Assembly (NCBI GenBank): GCA_965203905.1
Contig: CBDBDQ010000005.1
Location: 4,224,001 to 4,288,000, forward strand
Direction: 5' to 3'
From: Spirochaetia bacterium
Lineage (GTDB): Bacteria > Spirochaetota > Spirochaetia > SZUA-6 > Bin103
DNA length: 64,000 nucleotides
This document shows, piece after piece, positions 9,165-19,155 of the stretch; positions within the stretch are counted from its first letter, which is position 1; every line of letters begins with the position of its first letter. A program made the translations under genes and the position numbers. The notes under the pieces were generated by a model, which was not told where the DNA came from, did not search any database, and was given only the letters and a program-made list of their open reading frames with translations.

Positions 9165-10702
9165 ACGCGACGCCGCCGGCGGCGCTCCCATCCGAGGGCC
9201 GGCCGACCACGCCCGGCCGGCCCAACATCCTGCTGCTGATGACCGACGAGCACGGCGCGCAGTTCAGCGGCACCTACGGCCATCCCTTTGTCCGCACCCC
9301 GGCGATGGACCGGCTGGCGGCGGAGGGGGTGACCTTCGACGCCGCCTACTGCAACAACCCGCTGTGCGTGCCGTCGCGCCTCTCCTTCATGACCGGCCGC
9401 CACACCCACCACTGCGCCGGCTGGGACAACGCCACCCCGCTGGCGCCCGACGCGGTGACTTGGCCGCACCTGCTGCGCGCCCAGGGCTACGACGTGGCGC
9501 TGTCGGGCAAGATGCACCTGATCGGCGACGACCACCTGCACGGCTTCCAGGAGCAGTTGGCGCGCGACCTGCACAGCGAGCTGGAGCACCCGATCTTCCC
9601 GTGGGAGCGGGGGATACCGGAGGCGCGGGAGCCCTGGCCCGGGGTGGTGCGCACCGAGTCCCGGGTACCGCCGGGCCCGGACGGCGAAGAGGTGGAGACC
9701 GCGGCCGAGGAGGCGGCCACCCCGCCCACCGGGCCGGGACGCACCCCGGAGATCGATGCCGACGACGCGGCGGTGGAAGCGGCGCTGGCGTTTCTGCGGC
9801 AGCGGGCGCACGGGAGCGCCGAGCGCCCCTTCGCGCTCTGCGTGGGCCTCATCGCCCCCCACTTCCCATTCGTGGTGCCGGAACCATTCTTCTCGCAGTA
9901 CTTCCCGCGCCACGCCGACCTGCCGCGCCTGCCCGAGGGGCATCTGGAGGCGCTGCCGCCGGCGGCGCAGCGGCTGAGGCGGGCGTTCGGCTTTGGTGGC
10001 CACACGGAGCCACAAGTGCGCCGCGCCCGCGCCGCCTACTACGGGCTGGTCAGCTACGCCGACGACAAGCTGCGCCAGCTCCTGGAGGCGCTCGACCAGC
10101 TCGGCCTGGCCGACGACACCCTGGTGATCCACACCAGCGACCACGGCGAGATGCTCGGCGAGCACGGCCTGTGGCGCAAGATGAGCTTCTACGAGCAGTC
10201 GGCGCGCGTGCCGCTGCAGGTGCGCTGGCCCGGCCGTGCCGCGGCGGGCCGCCGCGTGCGCGAGTGCGTCTCCCTGGTGGACGTGACCGCCACCATCGTG
10301 GCGGCGGCCGGCGCGGCGTCCGCGGCAGCGCCCATGGACGGCCACAACCTGGCGAAGCTGCTGGCCGGTGCCGATCCGGAGTGGCGCGACGAGGCCTTCG
10401 CCGAGCACACCGCCCACGGCACCGACCGCCCGCGGGCGATGCTGCGCCAGGGCAACTGGAAGCTGTGCCTGTCCGGCGGCGGCGACCTGGAGCCGGAGCT
10501 GTACGACCTGGAGGCGGACCCGCGCGAGCTGGTCAACCGCGGCGGCGACCCGGCCGTCGTCGCGGTGGAGGAGCGACTGCGCGCTGCGTTGCTGGCACGT
10601 TGGGACTGGCGCCGCATCGACCGGGAGGTGCGCGCCAGCCAGCAGCGCCGGCAACTGATCCGCACGGTCGCTGCAACAGGTCGGCCGCGCCGCGCTCCGT
10701 AG
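9161..10702 (+). CDS. Formylglycine-dependent sulfatase (choline-sulfatase-like)
   Basis: PNILLLMTDEH, CVPSR (CxPxR), GKMH, SDHGEMLGEHG and ELYDL motifs; GTG start overlaps the upstream stop. Confidence 0.9.
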   Translation: MNATPPAALPSEGRPTTPGRPNILLLMTDEHGAQFSGTYGHPFVRTPAMDRLAAEGVTFDAAYCNNPLCVPSRLSFMTGRHTHHCAGWDNATPLAPDAVTWPHLLRAQGYDVALSGKMHLIGDDHLHGFQEQLARDLHSELEHPIFPWERGIPEAREPWPGVVRTESRVPPGPDGEEVETAAEEAATPPTGPGRTPEIDADDAAVEAALAFLRQRAHGSAERPFALCVGLIAPHFPFVVPEPFFSQYFPRHADLPRLPEGHLEALPPAAQRLRRAFGFGGHTEPQVRRARAAYYGLVSYADDKLRQLLEALDQLGLADDTLVIHTSDHGEMLGEHGLWRKMSFYEQSARVPLQVRWPGRAAAGRRVRECVSLVDVTATIVAAAGAASAAAPMDGHNLAKLLAGADPEWRDEAFAEHTAHGTDRPRAMLRQGNWKLCLSGGGDLEPELYDLEADPRELVNRGGDPAVVAVEERLRAALLARWDWRRIDREVRASQQRRQLIRTVAATGRPRRAP

Positions 10703-10828
10703 CCGATGGCGTGAACGCGTAGTCGCCGACCGGAATCGCCACCCCGTAGGTGAAATTCGGCGTCGACAGCCACAGGACGTGACATGCGCGACGTATCTGG
10801 CGCTGACGTGGCGCCGACGTCCGAACGG

Positions 10829-10857
10829 TTGACGGCCTGCCGTGCACGTGCGACAGT
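10829..10857 (+). promoter_or_regulatory. Putative sigma70 promoter of SBP leader A
   Basis: TTGACG-17 nt-GACAGT with TGn extension; same position relative to the uORF as in leaders B and C. Confidence 0.55.
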
Positions 10858-10885
10858 CTGACGCTCGGGGTTCGACGGATACGGA

Positions 10886-10990
10886 ATGAAGCGCCGCGAC
10901 GACAGCCAGCGCCGTGACCGGTTTCATACTGATCGCGCAGGCGGATTCCGTCTTACCTTTGTCATCTGGCAGGGCACCCCATGGCCCTGA
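10886..10990 (+). CDS. Putative leader peptide A, MKRRDDSQRRDRFHTDRAGGFRLTFVIWQGTPWP (34 aa)
   Basis: Manual translation; N-terminus homologous to the uORFs at 19156 and 25347. Confidence 0.5.
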   Translation: MKRRDDSQRRDRFHTDRAGGFRLTFVIWQGTPWP

Positions 10991-11160
10991 AAACGAGCCG
11001 CAAGAGGATACTCAAAGAACCCATACGAGCGCGGCGTGCGCCCGTCGAGTCACGCGCCGCGCGATTCAATTCGGAACTTGCCGCCTCTGTTAGACCGCCG
11101 GCGTTACGGGCACGAGAGTAGGCGGGGAACGGCAATTCACCATGCTATACTCTCAAGAAT
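10946..11160 (+). ncRNA. Candidate structured cis-regulatory RNA, copy A
   Basis: Homologous to 25797-26010; stems with compensatory changes. Confidence 0.45.
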
Positions 11161-11182
11161 CAAAGGTACGGTGTTACGAGAC

Positions 11183-13123
11183 ATGACAAGAGTGTCGATT
11201 CTCATTTTGTGCATTGCCCTGCCAGGCTCTCTGCTGTGGGCAGCAGCCGCGACCGAAGAAGAGCAGGGATCCCAGACCGCAGCCGCGGTTCCCACTGGCA
11301 GATACCTGGAGTCTCCGCTGCTGACTGCGCGAGTAAGCTCTGGAGAACTGCCTCCGGTGGAAGAGCGACTTCCGGATCAACCGGTGGTGTTCGACGCTTC
11401 CTGGAACGACGTTCCGACCGAAGACCTGGACTTTCAGGTAGGCAGGTACGGCGGAACCCTGAGAGCGGTTCGTACCCACCCCAACTGGGATGCCGACGTG
11501 TGGGCGATGTTGAAAGAGACCCTGGTAGCGTCCCCCGGTTGGATGGATGCAAATCCCAAGGACCTGCGGGGCAACGTCATCCTGGACTACGAGATTTCCG
11601 CGGATGGAACGACCTTCACCTTCACCATGCGGGAAGGGCTGAAATGGTCGGACGGTGTTCCCGTTACCACGGAAGACGTGCGCTTCACCTACGAAGACGT
11701 GCACATGAACGATGAGCTGCAGGAATTCGGCTGGGACATCCTGCAACAGTGGATGAGGGCAAGGAATCAGCCGGACGGAGAACCGATGCTGGTGGAGGTC
11801 ATTGACGACTACACCTTCCAGGTGAGCTTTCCGGAGCCCTATCCCGGCTTCATCAATAGCCTGGCAGTGTTCTGGGGCACCTACCGCGACTTTCTGAAGC
11901 CGAAGCATCACCTGATGAATTTTCACCCCGAGTATACTTCCTCGGACAAGCTCAAGGAGGCGCTGGCCGAGGCAGGATTGGAAGACAATGAATGGTACAA
12001 GCTGTTTCTCCAGGAGGACCACAACACCTGGGAGAAGACCAACACCACCGCGGTCGATTTCCCGAGCCTCTGTCCCTGGATCATTTCCGAGGTGACCCCT
12101 ACCGTAACTCTGTGGGAACGGAATCCGTACTACTTCAAGGTCGACTCGGACGGGCAACAGCTCCCCTACATCGACCTGGTGAGGTCGGAGTACGTAACCG
12201 ACAGAGAGACCATAAACCTGAAAATCGTTGCCGGTGAGCTGGATATTGTCGAACGCGAGGCAGGTGGTCCGAATCTACCGTTATTCAAGGAGAACGAGGA
12301 GCGGGGCGGCTATAACGTGACCCTGCTGCAGCAACACTTCGCGCCGGTCGACATATACCTGAACATGACCCATGCGGACCCGGTGTGGCGAGGGCTCGCA
12401 CAGGACGTCCGGTTTCGCCAGGCGCTGAATATGGCGATCAACCGCCAGGACATCATCGACAAGGTGTTTTACGGGTTTGCGTCGCTGCCTGAGGTGGTGC
12501 CCAGCGCCTACGATCCGGCGCGAGCGAATGAGCTCCTGGATGAGATCGGATTGACCGCGCGGGATGGCGACGGCAACCGACTGGGACCGGACGGCGAGCC
12601 GCTCCTGATACCGATCGAGTGGGCGCCGGAGTCCCCGGACTTTCAGCCGGTGGTCGAGCTGCTGACCCGGGACTGGACGGAACTGGACCTCGACGTGACG
12701 CCGAAAGAGCTGCAGCAGGACTTGCTCCATGAGCGCGAGCGCTCGAACGAGATCAAGATCAGCCTGAACTGGGACGACCTGGAGAAGTGGTGGCTGTTCG
12801 CCACCATCTGGGGCTCGCCGAGATTCGCTACCCATTCGTGGCACCTGTGGTATACCAGCGGCGGCGAATCGGGGGAGCAGGGTCCCGACTGGGTGTACGA
12901 GTTCTTCGACCAGATCGCGGAGGTACGGTCGTCCTCCTATGAGGACGCGCAGCGGCTGGTGAAGGGCGCTCAGCAGATCATGTATGACAACATCCTCTAC
13001 ATTCCGACCGTGCAGAAACTGAGGAAGCCGCTATTGACTTCCGTCAAGCTGGGGAATGTACCTACCAGTGGCATGGTCCTGGTCGGCGTCAACAGCGGCG
13101 AGCAGCTCTTTTTCAGAGAGTAG
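11183..13123 (+). CDS. ABC transporter family-5 substrate-binding protein
   Basis: Signal peptide, GELPPVEERLP, LKWSDGVPVTTEDVRF, RNPYYFKVD..GQQLPYID. Confidence 0.92.
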   Translation: MTRVSILILCIALPGSLLWAAAATEEEQGSQTAAAVPTGRYLESPLLTARVSSGELPPVEERLPDQPVVFDASWNDVPTEDLDFQVGRYGGTLRAVRTHPNWDADVWAMLKETLVASPGWMDANPKDLRGNVILDYEISADGTTFTFTMREGLKWSDGVPVTTEDVRFTYEDVHMNDELQEFGWDILQQWMRARNQPDGEPMLVEVIDDYTFQVSFPEPYPGFINSLAVFWGTYRDFLKPKHHLMNFHPEYTSSDKLKEALAEAGLEDNEWYKLFLQEDHNTWEKTNTTAVDFPSLCPWIISEVTPTVTLWERNPYYFKVDSDGQQLPYIDLVRSEYVTDRETINLKIVAGELDIVEREAGGPNLPLFKENEERGGYNVTLLQQHFAPVDIYLNMTHADPVWRGLAQDVRFRQALNMAINRQDIIDKVFYGFASLPEVVPSAYDPARANELLDEIGLTARDGDGNRLGPDGEPLLIPIEWAPESPDFQPVVELLTRDWTELDLDVTPKELQQDLLHERERSNEIKISLNWDDLEKWWLFATIWGSPRFATHSWHLWYTSGGESGEQGPDWVYEFFDQIAEVRSSSYEDAQRLVKGAQQIMYDNILYIPTVQKLRKPLLTSVKLGNVPTSGMVLVGVNSGEQLFFRE

Positions 13124-13204
13124 TCGGAGTTCGCCTGCTGGTTACCGCGTGGCGCTGCGGCCGGGAGCCTCGGCGCCACGCCTTCAGCAACATCGTAGCG
13201 CAGC

Positions 13205-14203
13205 ATGGTAGGATATATTCTCGGCCGTATCCTTCAGGTGGTGCCGCTGTTGATCGCTCTGTCCATCGTCAGCTTTCTCATCATCGAGCTTCCCCCCGGC
13301 GATTATCTGACTTCCCTCATCTTGCGCCTGGAGCAGTCCGGCAAGCAACTCAACGACGAAGAGGTGCTGCGGCTGAAGAAACAGTACGGTCTGGATAGAC
13401 CTGCGGTCGTCCGTTACTCCATGTGGATATGGAATATTCTCAGCGACGGGGACTTTGGCAGATCCTTTACCTGGCAGAGACCGGTAGCCGAAGTAATCAC
13501 CGAGCGCATCGTCTTGACCATGGTCATATCGATAGCTACCCTGCTGTTCACCTGGGTGGTGGCGGTCCCGGCGGGTATCTATTCGGCGCTCCGGCAGTAC
13601 TCTCCATTCGACTACGTTACCACGTTCTTCGGCTTCATCGGGTTGTCGACTCCCAACTTTCTGCTGGCGCTGATCCTGATGTGGTTGGCCTTCAACCATC
13701 TCGGTGTGGCAGTGACGGGGCTGTTCTCTCCCGAGTATGCGGATTCCGCCTGGAGCCTGGCCAAGGTAGGGAACATGCTCAGCCACATCTGGGTACCCAT
13801 TCTGGTCATAGGCACGGCCGGTACCGCAGGGATTATCCGCGTGATGCGGGGATGCCTGCTGGATGAGCTCCGCAAGCAGTACGTAGTCACCTCGCGCGCC
13901 AAGGGGTTGGCCGAGACCAGGTTGGTGTTCAAGTATCCGGTGCGGGTCGCGGTCAATCCGCTGATCAGCACCATTGGTTGGCTGTTGCCGGCGATTATCT
14001 CCGGAGAAACCATAACGGCGATTGTCCTGAACCTTCCGACTTCCGGCCCGATGTTGTTCCAGGCGCTGCTCGCTCAGGATACCTACCTTGCCGCGAGCTT
14101 CGTGTTGATCCTGGCATTCTTGACCATAATCGGAACCTTGATCTCGGATCTTCTGCTGGTCTGGCTGGATCCCAGAATCAGATACCAGGGTGTTGCCAAG
14201 TGA
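13205..14203 (+). CDS. ABC transporter permease (OppB/DppB-like)
   Basis: LPPGD, GDFGRSF, EAA-like loop (YVVTSRAKGL), terminal DPRI. Confidence 0.92.
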   Translation: MVGYILGRILQVVPLLIALSIVSFLIIELPPGDYLTSLILRLEQSGKQLNDEEVLRLKKQYGLDRPAVVRYSMWIWNILSDGDFGRSFTWQRPVAEVITERIVLTMVISIATLLFTWVVAVPAGIYSALRQYSPFDYVTTFFGFIGLSTPNFLLALILMWLAFNHLGVAVTGLFSPEYADSAWSLAKVGNMLSHIWVPILVIGTAGTAGIIRVMRGCLLDELRKQYVVTSRAKGLAETRLVFKYPVRVAVNPLISTIGWLLPAIISGETITAIVLNLPTSGPMLFQALLAQDTYLAASFVLILAFLTIIGTLISDLLLVWLDPRIRYQGVAK

Positions 14204-15312
14204 CTGCGACCGAGGTCGCAAGAGATCGCGAAGAACGCTACTATGTCGCCTCGCAATGGCAACTTATCTGGAGGAACTTCAAGAAACACAGGCTCGGATT
14301 GGCCGCATTGCCGGTACTTGGTTGTCTCTATTTCCTGGCCGTATTTGGCGAGTTTGTCAGTGCCTACACCCCGTTGACCTACTTTCGGGATCGCGAGAAC
14401 GTGCCGCCGCAGAGGATCCACTTCGTGCGCCCGGACGGTACCTTTCAACTGCGCCCGTTCATCTACGGGTTGCAACAGGAGATGGATCCCGACACGTTTC
14501 GGCAGGTGTACCGGCACGATACCACAAGCATCGTTCCTCTGCGCTTCTTCGTGACGGGTGAACCGTACAAGATGTGGAACCTGTTCCACGCCGACAAGCA
14601 CCTCTTCGGAACCGATGGAGAAGCTGTCTTTCTGCTCGGCACGGACCGCTTGGGGCGGGATCTCTTGTCGCGGGTGATATATGCGTCACGCATCTCTCTG
14701 ACCGTGGGTCTGGTCGGGGTGATAATGACGTTCGTGTTCGGACTCGTGCTCGGCGGCGTGTCCGGCTACTTCGGCGGCGTGATCGATACGGTGGTAATGA
14801 GAGCGATTGACTTCGTAATATCGTTGCCGACCATTCCCCTGTGGATGGCGCTGGCGGCGGCGCTTCCGGAGAGCTGGAGCTCGATTCAGGTCTATTTCGC
14901 CATTACCCTCATCTTTTCGATCATCGGTTGGGCCGGCCTGGCGCGCGTAATCAGGGGAAAGCTCCTGGCGTTGCGAGAAGAGGACTTCGTGATGGCGGCG
15001 AAGATCTCCGGAGCCTCCAACGCCAGCATTATCGGCAGGCATCTGCTGCCATCGTTTGCCAGCTATCTCATTGTAAACCTGACGATCGCGGTACCCTCGA
15101 TGATCCTCGGCGAAACCGCCTTGAGTTTTCTGGGTCTGGGGATTCGCCCTCCCTCGGTAAGCTGGGGTACGTTGCTGCAGGACGCCCAAAAGCTACAGGT
15201 ATTGGCCCATCAACCCTGGCTGCTGATACCGTGCATCTTCGTGATCGTTACGGTATTGATGTACAATTTTCTCGGTGACGGACTGCGCGATGCCGCTGAT
15301 CCCTATCGATGA
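14200..15312 (+). CDS. ABC transporter permease (OppC/DppC-like)
   Basis: LLGTDRLGRD, ETALSFLGLG, WGTLL, GDGLRDAADP; GTG start overlaps the upstream stop. Confidence 0.92.
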   Translation: MTATEVARDREERYYVASQWQLIWRNFKKHRLGLAALPVLGCLYFLAVFGEFVSAYTPLTYFRDRENVPPQRIHFVRPDGTFQLRPFIYGLQQEMDPDTFRQVYRHDTTSIVPLRFFVTGEPYKMWNLFHADKHLFGTDGEAVFLLGTDRLGRDLLSRVIYASRISLTVGLVGVIMTFVFGLVLGGVSGYFGGVIDTVVMRAIDFVISLPTIPLWMALAAALPESWSSIQVYFAITLIFSIIGWAGLARVIRGKLLALREEDFVMAAKISGASNASIIGRHLLPSFASYLIVNLTIAVPSMILGETALSFLGLGIRPPSVSWGTLLQDAQKLQVLAHQPWLLIPCIFVIVTVLMYNFLGDGLRDAADPYR

Positions 15313-15338
15313 ATCGCTGAATCGCCGAGGTTTGAGGA

Positions 15339-16901
15339 GTGAGCACGTTGACGGCGAATGATGACAACGTTTCCGGACAGATCGAAAGAATGTCGAGCCT
15401 TGTTCCCCGGGCGCGCGAGCTGCGTGAGAGATACCAACGGGATCCGCACCGGCCGGCGTATCATTTCGTTGCCCCGGAAGGTATCTGCCACCCGTTCGAT
15501 CCGCAGGGCTGCATCTATTGGAAAGGGAGGTGCCACCTGTTCTACGCATACCAGGTGGAGGGCGTGGGCGTGTGGGGACACGCCTCCAGTGCCGACCTGG
15601 TGCACTGGATCCATCACCCGATCCCGTTGGGAGTGTCGCCCGGGGACCCGGAGGAACAGGTCTACGCCGGCGGCTCGCTGGTAAACAAGGATGGCGTGCC
15701 GACCATGATCTACCACGGGGTGAACGCCGGCACGTGCATTGCCACCAGTGAGGACGACGAATTGATCCATTGGACCAAGCATCCGGCAAATCCGGTGATC
15801 CCCAAGCCCAGGGAGGGTGATGATGGCTATGGCAAATACCATGTCTGGGACACCTGCGGCTGGCTCCACGAGGATACCTACTACTCCATTTGCGGGAACC
15901 ATCCGTTCGAGCTTCCCGAATCGGACGGCGACACAGCCTACCTGTTCCGCTCTCACGACCTGGTCAACTGGGAGTATGTCCATCCGTTTTATCAATCCGA
16001 CCGGCGCTGGACGGAGGCGAACGAAGACTGCTCCTGTCCCGATTTCTTTCCGATCGGGAACAAGCACATGCTCATGTTCATCAGCCATACCCACGGCACC
16101 CAGTACTACCTGGGCAGCTACGACGGGGAGAGATTCGTGCCCGAGCGCCATGCTCGGATGAGCTGGGCGGGCGGACCCCTGTTCGCGCAGGAGAGCCTGC
16201 TGGCTGGAGACGGCAGGCGCATCTTCTGGGCCTGGGTGTTCGAGTCCCGGTCGCGGAACGCGCAACTGTCCGCCGGCTGGGCGGGGGTGATGAGTCTTCC
16301 TCGGGTGCTGTCCCTCGGCCAGGATGGCACTTTGCTTATCGAACCTGCCGAGGAGCTGCAGATGCTCAGGCGGAACTACCGCCGGCAGGAAGGTGTCGGC
16401 CTTGCGGACGGGTCGGAAATGAGATTGAAGGGGATGGAAGGGGACTGCCTGGAGCTCGCTCTCGAGGTAGACGATCCCCGTGGGCAGCAGCTCGGGGTGA
16501 TGGTGCGTTGTTCTCCGGATTGCGAGGAGCACACCGTGATTCTGTTCGACGACGAGGCACGGACGCTGCAGGTGGACACCTCGCGCTCCAGCTTGAGCCC
16601 GGAAATCGTGCAACCGTGGCCTCAACACGGCACCTCCTTCTCGCCCAATCCGCTGGACGGGCGGGAAGATGTCCGGGTCCAGAAGGCGCCCTTCGAACTG
16701 GCGCCCGGTGAGCCGCTCAGACTGCGGATCTTCCTTGACCGCTCGATTCTGGAGGTGTTTGCCAACAGCCGGCAGTGCGTGACGCAGAGAATCTACCCGA
16801 CGCGAAGCGACAGCATGGGGGTAAGGCTGTTCAGCCGAAAGGGCCGCATCTCGGTGCGGTCCATCGAAGCCTGGGATATCACCGCGGCCAACCCCTGGTA
16901 A
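15339..16901 (+). CDS. Glycoside hydrolase family 32-like protein with non-canonical active-site motifs
   Basis: HRPAYHF..FDPQG, WGHASSADLVHW, SLPRVL, IFLDRSILEVFAN; CSCPD in place of WECPD. Confidence 0.85.
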   Translation: MSTLTANDDNVSGQIERMSSLVPRARELRERYQRDPHRPAYHFVAPEGICHPFDPQGCIYWKGRCHLFYAYQVEGVGVWGHASSADLVHWIHHPIPLGVSPGDPEEQVYAGGSLVNKDGVPTMIYHGVNAGTCIATSEDDELIHWTKHPANPVIPKPREGDDGYGKYHVWDTCGWLHEDTYYSICGNHPFELPESDGDTAYLFRSHDLVNWEYVHPFYQSDRRWTEANEDCSCPDFFPIGNKHMLMFISHTHGTQYYLGSYDGERFVPERHARMSWAGGPLFAQESLLAGDGRRIFWAWVFESRSRNAQLSAGWAGVMSLPRVLSLGQDGTLLIEPAEELQMLRRNYRRQEGVGLADGSEMRLKGMEGDCLELALEVDDPRGQQLGVMVRCSPDCEEHTVILFDDEARTLQVDTSRSSLSPEIVQPWPQHGTSFSPNPLDGREDVRVQKAPFELAPGEPLRLRIFLDRSILEVFANSRQCVTQRIYPTRSDSMGVRLFSRKGRISVRSIEAWDITAANPW

Positions 16902-16926
16902 CCGCGGCATCAAGAGATCAGTTCAA

Positions 16927-18441
16927 ATGGAATCACCTCGGTACTATGACCGGCCCGACATGGCGCCATGTTCGACGCTTCACTTCCGCCCGGAAGGGGC
17001 ATTGGTCGGGGATGCGTCGTTCTTTCGGCACGGCGATGAGTGTCACATCTTCTACCTGAGCAAGCGCAACGACGATCCGCCGCGCCTGCCGACGTGTCAG
17101 CTCGATCATGCGGTCAGCAAGGACCTCCTGCATTGGGAAAGATTGCCCACGGCTCTGTTTCCGGGAGAACCGGGGGAGCCTGATGACGATGGCATCGGCG
17201 GATGTTCCATCGTGTGTCGGGACGGCAGGTTTCACATGTTCTACGCTGGAACCAATCCCCAGGTGACCTACCATGCGGAGAGCCGTGACCTCATCGAGTG
17301 GCGGAAGGATGACCCGCTGAAGCCGGTCATCGTTCCCGATCCGCGCTGGTACATGGCGCACGACGCGGCGGTGCAGGATCCGTACAACGAGCGGGGTTGG
17401 CGGGATCCGTTTCTGTTTCATGACGACAAGCAAGGACGCTACGTGATGACGGTGACGGCCAGGCGCAACCAGGGACCATGGCGCGAGCGGGGCTGCGTTG
17501 CCTGGGTGGTCAGCAGCGACCTCGTCGACTGGCAGGTGCAGGCGCCTCTCTACGCTCCTTCGCTGGGAATGAACCTGGAGGTCACCGAGCTGTTCGAGAT
17601 GGATGGTCGCTACTTCCTGATTTTCTGTCATGGAGAGACCAATACGACCCGTTACCGGGTGGCGGATCGGTTGGAGGGTCCCTACCGGTGTCCGGCGGAT
17701 GACGTCCTGCTGCCGAACTACCTGTACGCGCCGCGGACGATTGAACGGCTTGGAAAGCGGTACCTGATCCCATGGGTGGCGGATCGCCTCAACGGCAGCG
17801 ACGACAATCGGTCGGAGTTCGGCGCCGAAGGAGTTACCTGGGGCGGCGCCTTGGGCACGCCCCAGGAAATGCGCTGCCTCGCGGACGGCAGACTTGCGCT
17901 GTTCTTCCCGGACATCGTGACAGGGCTGGCCGGCACGCAGACGCTGGGTGCAGGCAGCCTCGACCATCTGCGGACCGAGCGCGGCGAATGGAAGCGGCAG
18001 GGAGAGACGCTACTGGCGTCGTCCGATCAGGGAATGGCACGCGGACTGGTGGCCGTGCGCGGACACGACTTCCTGCTCTCGTGCCGTATCAGGATTGGCC
18101 GTGGCGTAGCCGCGGGATTGATCCTGCGCGCCAGTGAAGACGGCGCGGCCGGCTACTACTTGCGCCTGGAGCCTGCACTGAAGAACGTCTCCCTGTGGAG
18201 GTATCCGCGGCCGTGGTTCTGTGCCAGGCCAATGGCGTTCCGGGTAATCCCGGAGCTGGACCATGGGCAAACCATAGAGGTGAAGGTAATCCTGCACCGG
18301 CACGTGCTCGACGTATACCTGGATGACCGCCAGGTGTTGAGTCGCGCCGTGTACGACTACCGGGAAGGGCAGTTCGGATTGTTCGTCGAAGACGCGGCGG
18401 CAGAGTTCGGACCTCTCGCAGCGAACACCCTCAAGGAGTGA
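16927..18441 (+). CDS. Five-bladed beta-propeller glycoside hydrolase (GH32/clan J)
   Basis: VGDA, HAVSKDLLHWE, WRDPF and LEVTE motifs, plus a C-terminal beta-sandwich. Confidence 0.8.
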   Translation: MESPRYYDRPDMAPCSTLHFRPEGALVGDASFFRHGDECHIFYLSKRNDDPPRLPTCQLDHAVSKDLLHWERLPTALFPGEPGEPDDDGIGGCSIVCRDGRFHMFYAGTNPQVTYHAESRDLIEWRKDDPLKPVIVPDPRWYMAHDAAVQDPYNERGWRDPFLFHDDKQGRYVMTVTARRNQGPWRERGCVAWVVSSDLVDWQVQAPLYAPSLGMNLEVTELFEMDGRYFLIFCHGETNTTRYRVADRLEGPYRCPADDVLLPNYLYAPRTIERLGKRYLIPWVADRLNGSDDNRSEFGAEGVTWGGALGTPQEMRCLADGRLALFFPDIVTGLAGTQTLGAGSLDHLRTERGEWKRQGETLLASSDQGMARGLVAVRGHDFLLSCRIRIGRGVAAGLILRASEDGAAGYYLRLEPALKNVSLWRYPRPWFCARPMAFRVIPELDHGQTIEVKVILHRHVLDVYLDDRQVLSRAVYDYREGQFGLFVEDAAAEFGPLAANTLKE

Positions 18442-18511
18442 ACTTGCGACGATGTAGTTCTCGACCAGCGCCCTGCGCAGGTGGCGTTCGTCCGCCATGC
18501 GGTGCCCCGGT

Positions 18512-18901
18512 TCAGAGTTGCTCCTCGATCCACCTGCCATCGTGCGCGGGGTTGTAGATGAGACCGCGCTGCATGTCCACGGCCAGGTCCAGTAACTCCA
18601 TGACCATATGGCCGACCAGCACCGGCGTACCGTCGGGGAGGTTGGTAACTTCGAGCGTGCCGGACCGTCCCAGGACGGTGAATCTGACCTCCGAATAGGC
18701 GGTCAAGGAACGCGTCGTGCCGACCGGCGTGAGCCCCAACTGGGAGATCAGATTTTGAGGCAACGAGAGCCGGGTGGCACCGGTGTCGACCAACGCATCG
18801 CGCACTTCCAGACTCCGCACTCTCGCGCGCTCGATGATGCCGCTCTCAGCCCGGATTTCATCGGCTCGATTGACCAACGTGATTTCCGTCGTATGGCGCA
18901 T
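18512..18901 (-). CDS. Clan AA (retropepsin-like) aspartic protease
   Basis: ALVDTGATRLSLP; VLVGHMVMELLDL. Confidence 0.85.
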   Translation of the reverse strand: MRHTTEITLVNRADEIRAESGIIERARVRSLEVRDALVDTGATRLSLPQNLISQLGLTPVGTTRSLTAYSEVRFTVLGRSGTLEVTNLPDGTPVLVGHMVMELLDLAVDMQRGLIYNPAHDGRWIEEQL

Positions 18902-19099
18902 GGATGCGCCAGGAACGTACCATCTCGGCCAGGGGCAGGCAACCGAGCCCGCTCCGGCGATCGCGTGACCGGGCGGCTGACATCTTCCTGATCAGCAATC
19001 GCTCGAGCGCTTCGACCTCGCGGTCGTGATCTTGCGTCCCCGTAAGAGATTCGCCGAGCTGCCGTGAAACGCGGCTTGGCTCGCTCGGCTCACGCGCGC

Positions 19100-19127
19100 T
19101 TGACGGTTGGCGGTCGTGTGGTACAGT
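19100..19127 (+). promoter_or_regulatory. Putative sigma70 promoter of SBP leader C
   Basis: TTGACG-16 nt-TACAGT with TGn extension. Confidence 0.6.
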
Positions 19128-19155
19128 GACTGCTTCGGGAGTCGGAAAGCCGCTC

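Noticed and set aside
10866-10880. ggggttcgacgg resembling the tmRNA 5' region
   Set aside because: No tag-peptide ending in AA and no tRNA-like 3' end; better explained as the conserved 5' UTR of the leader family.
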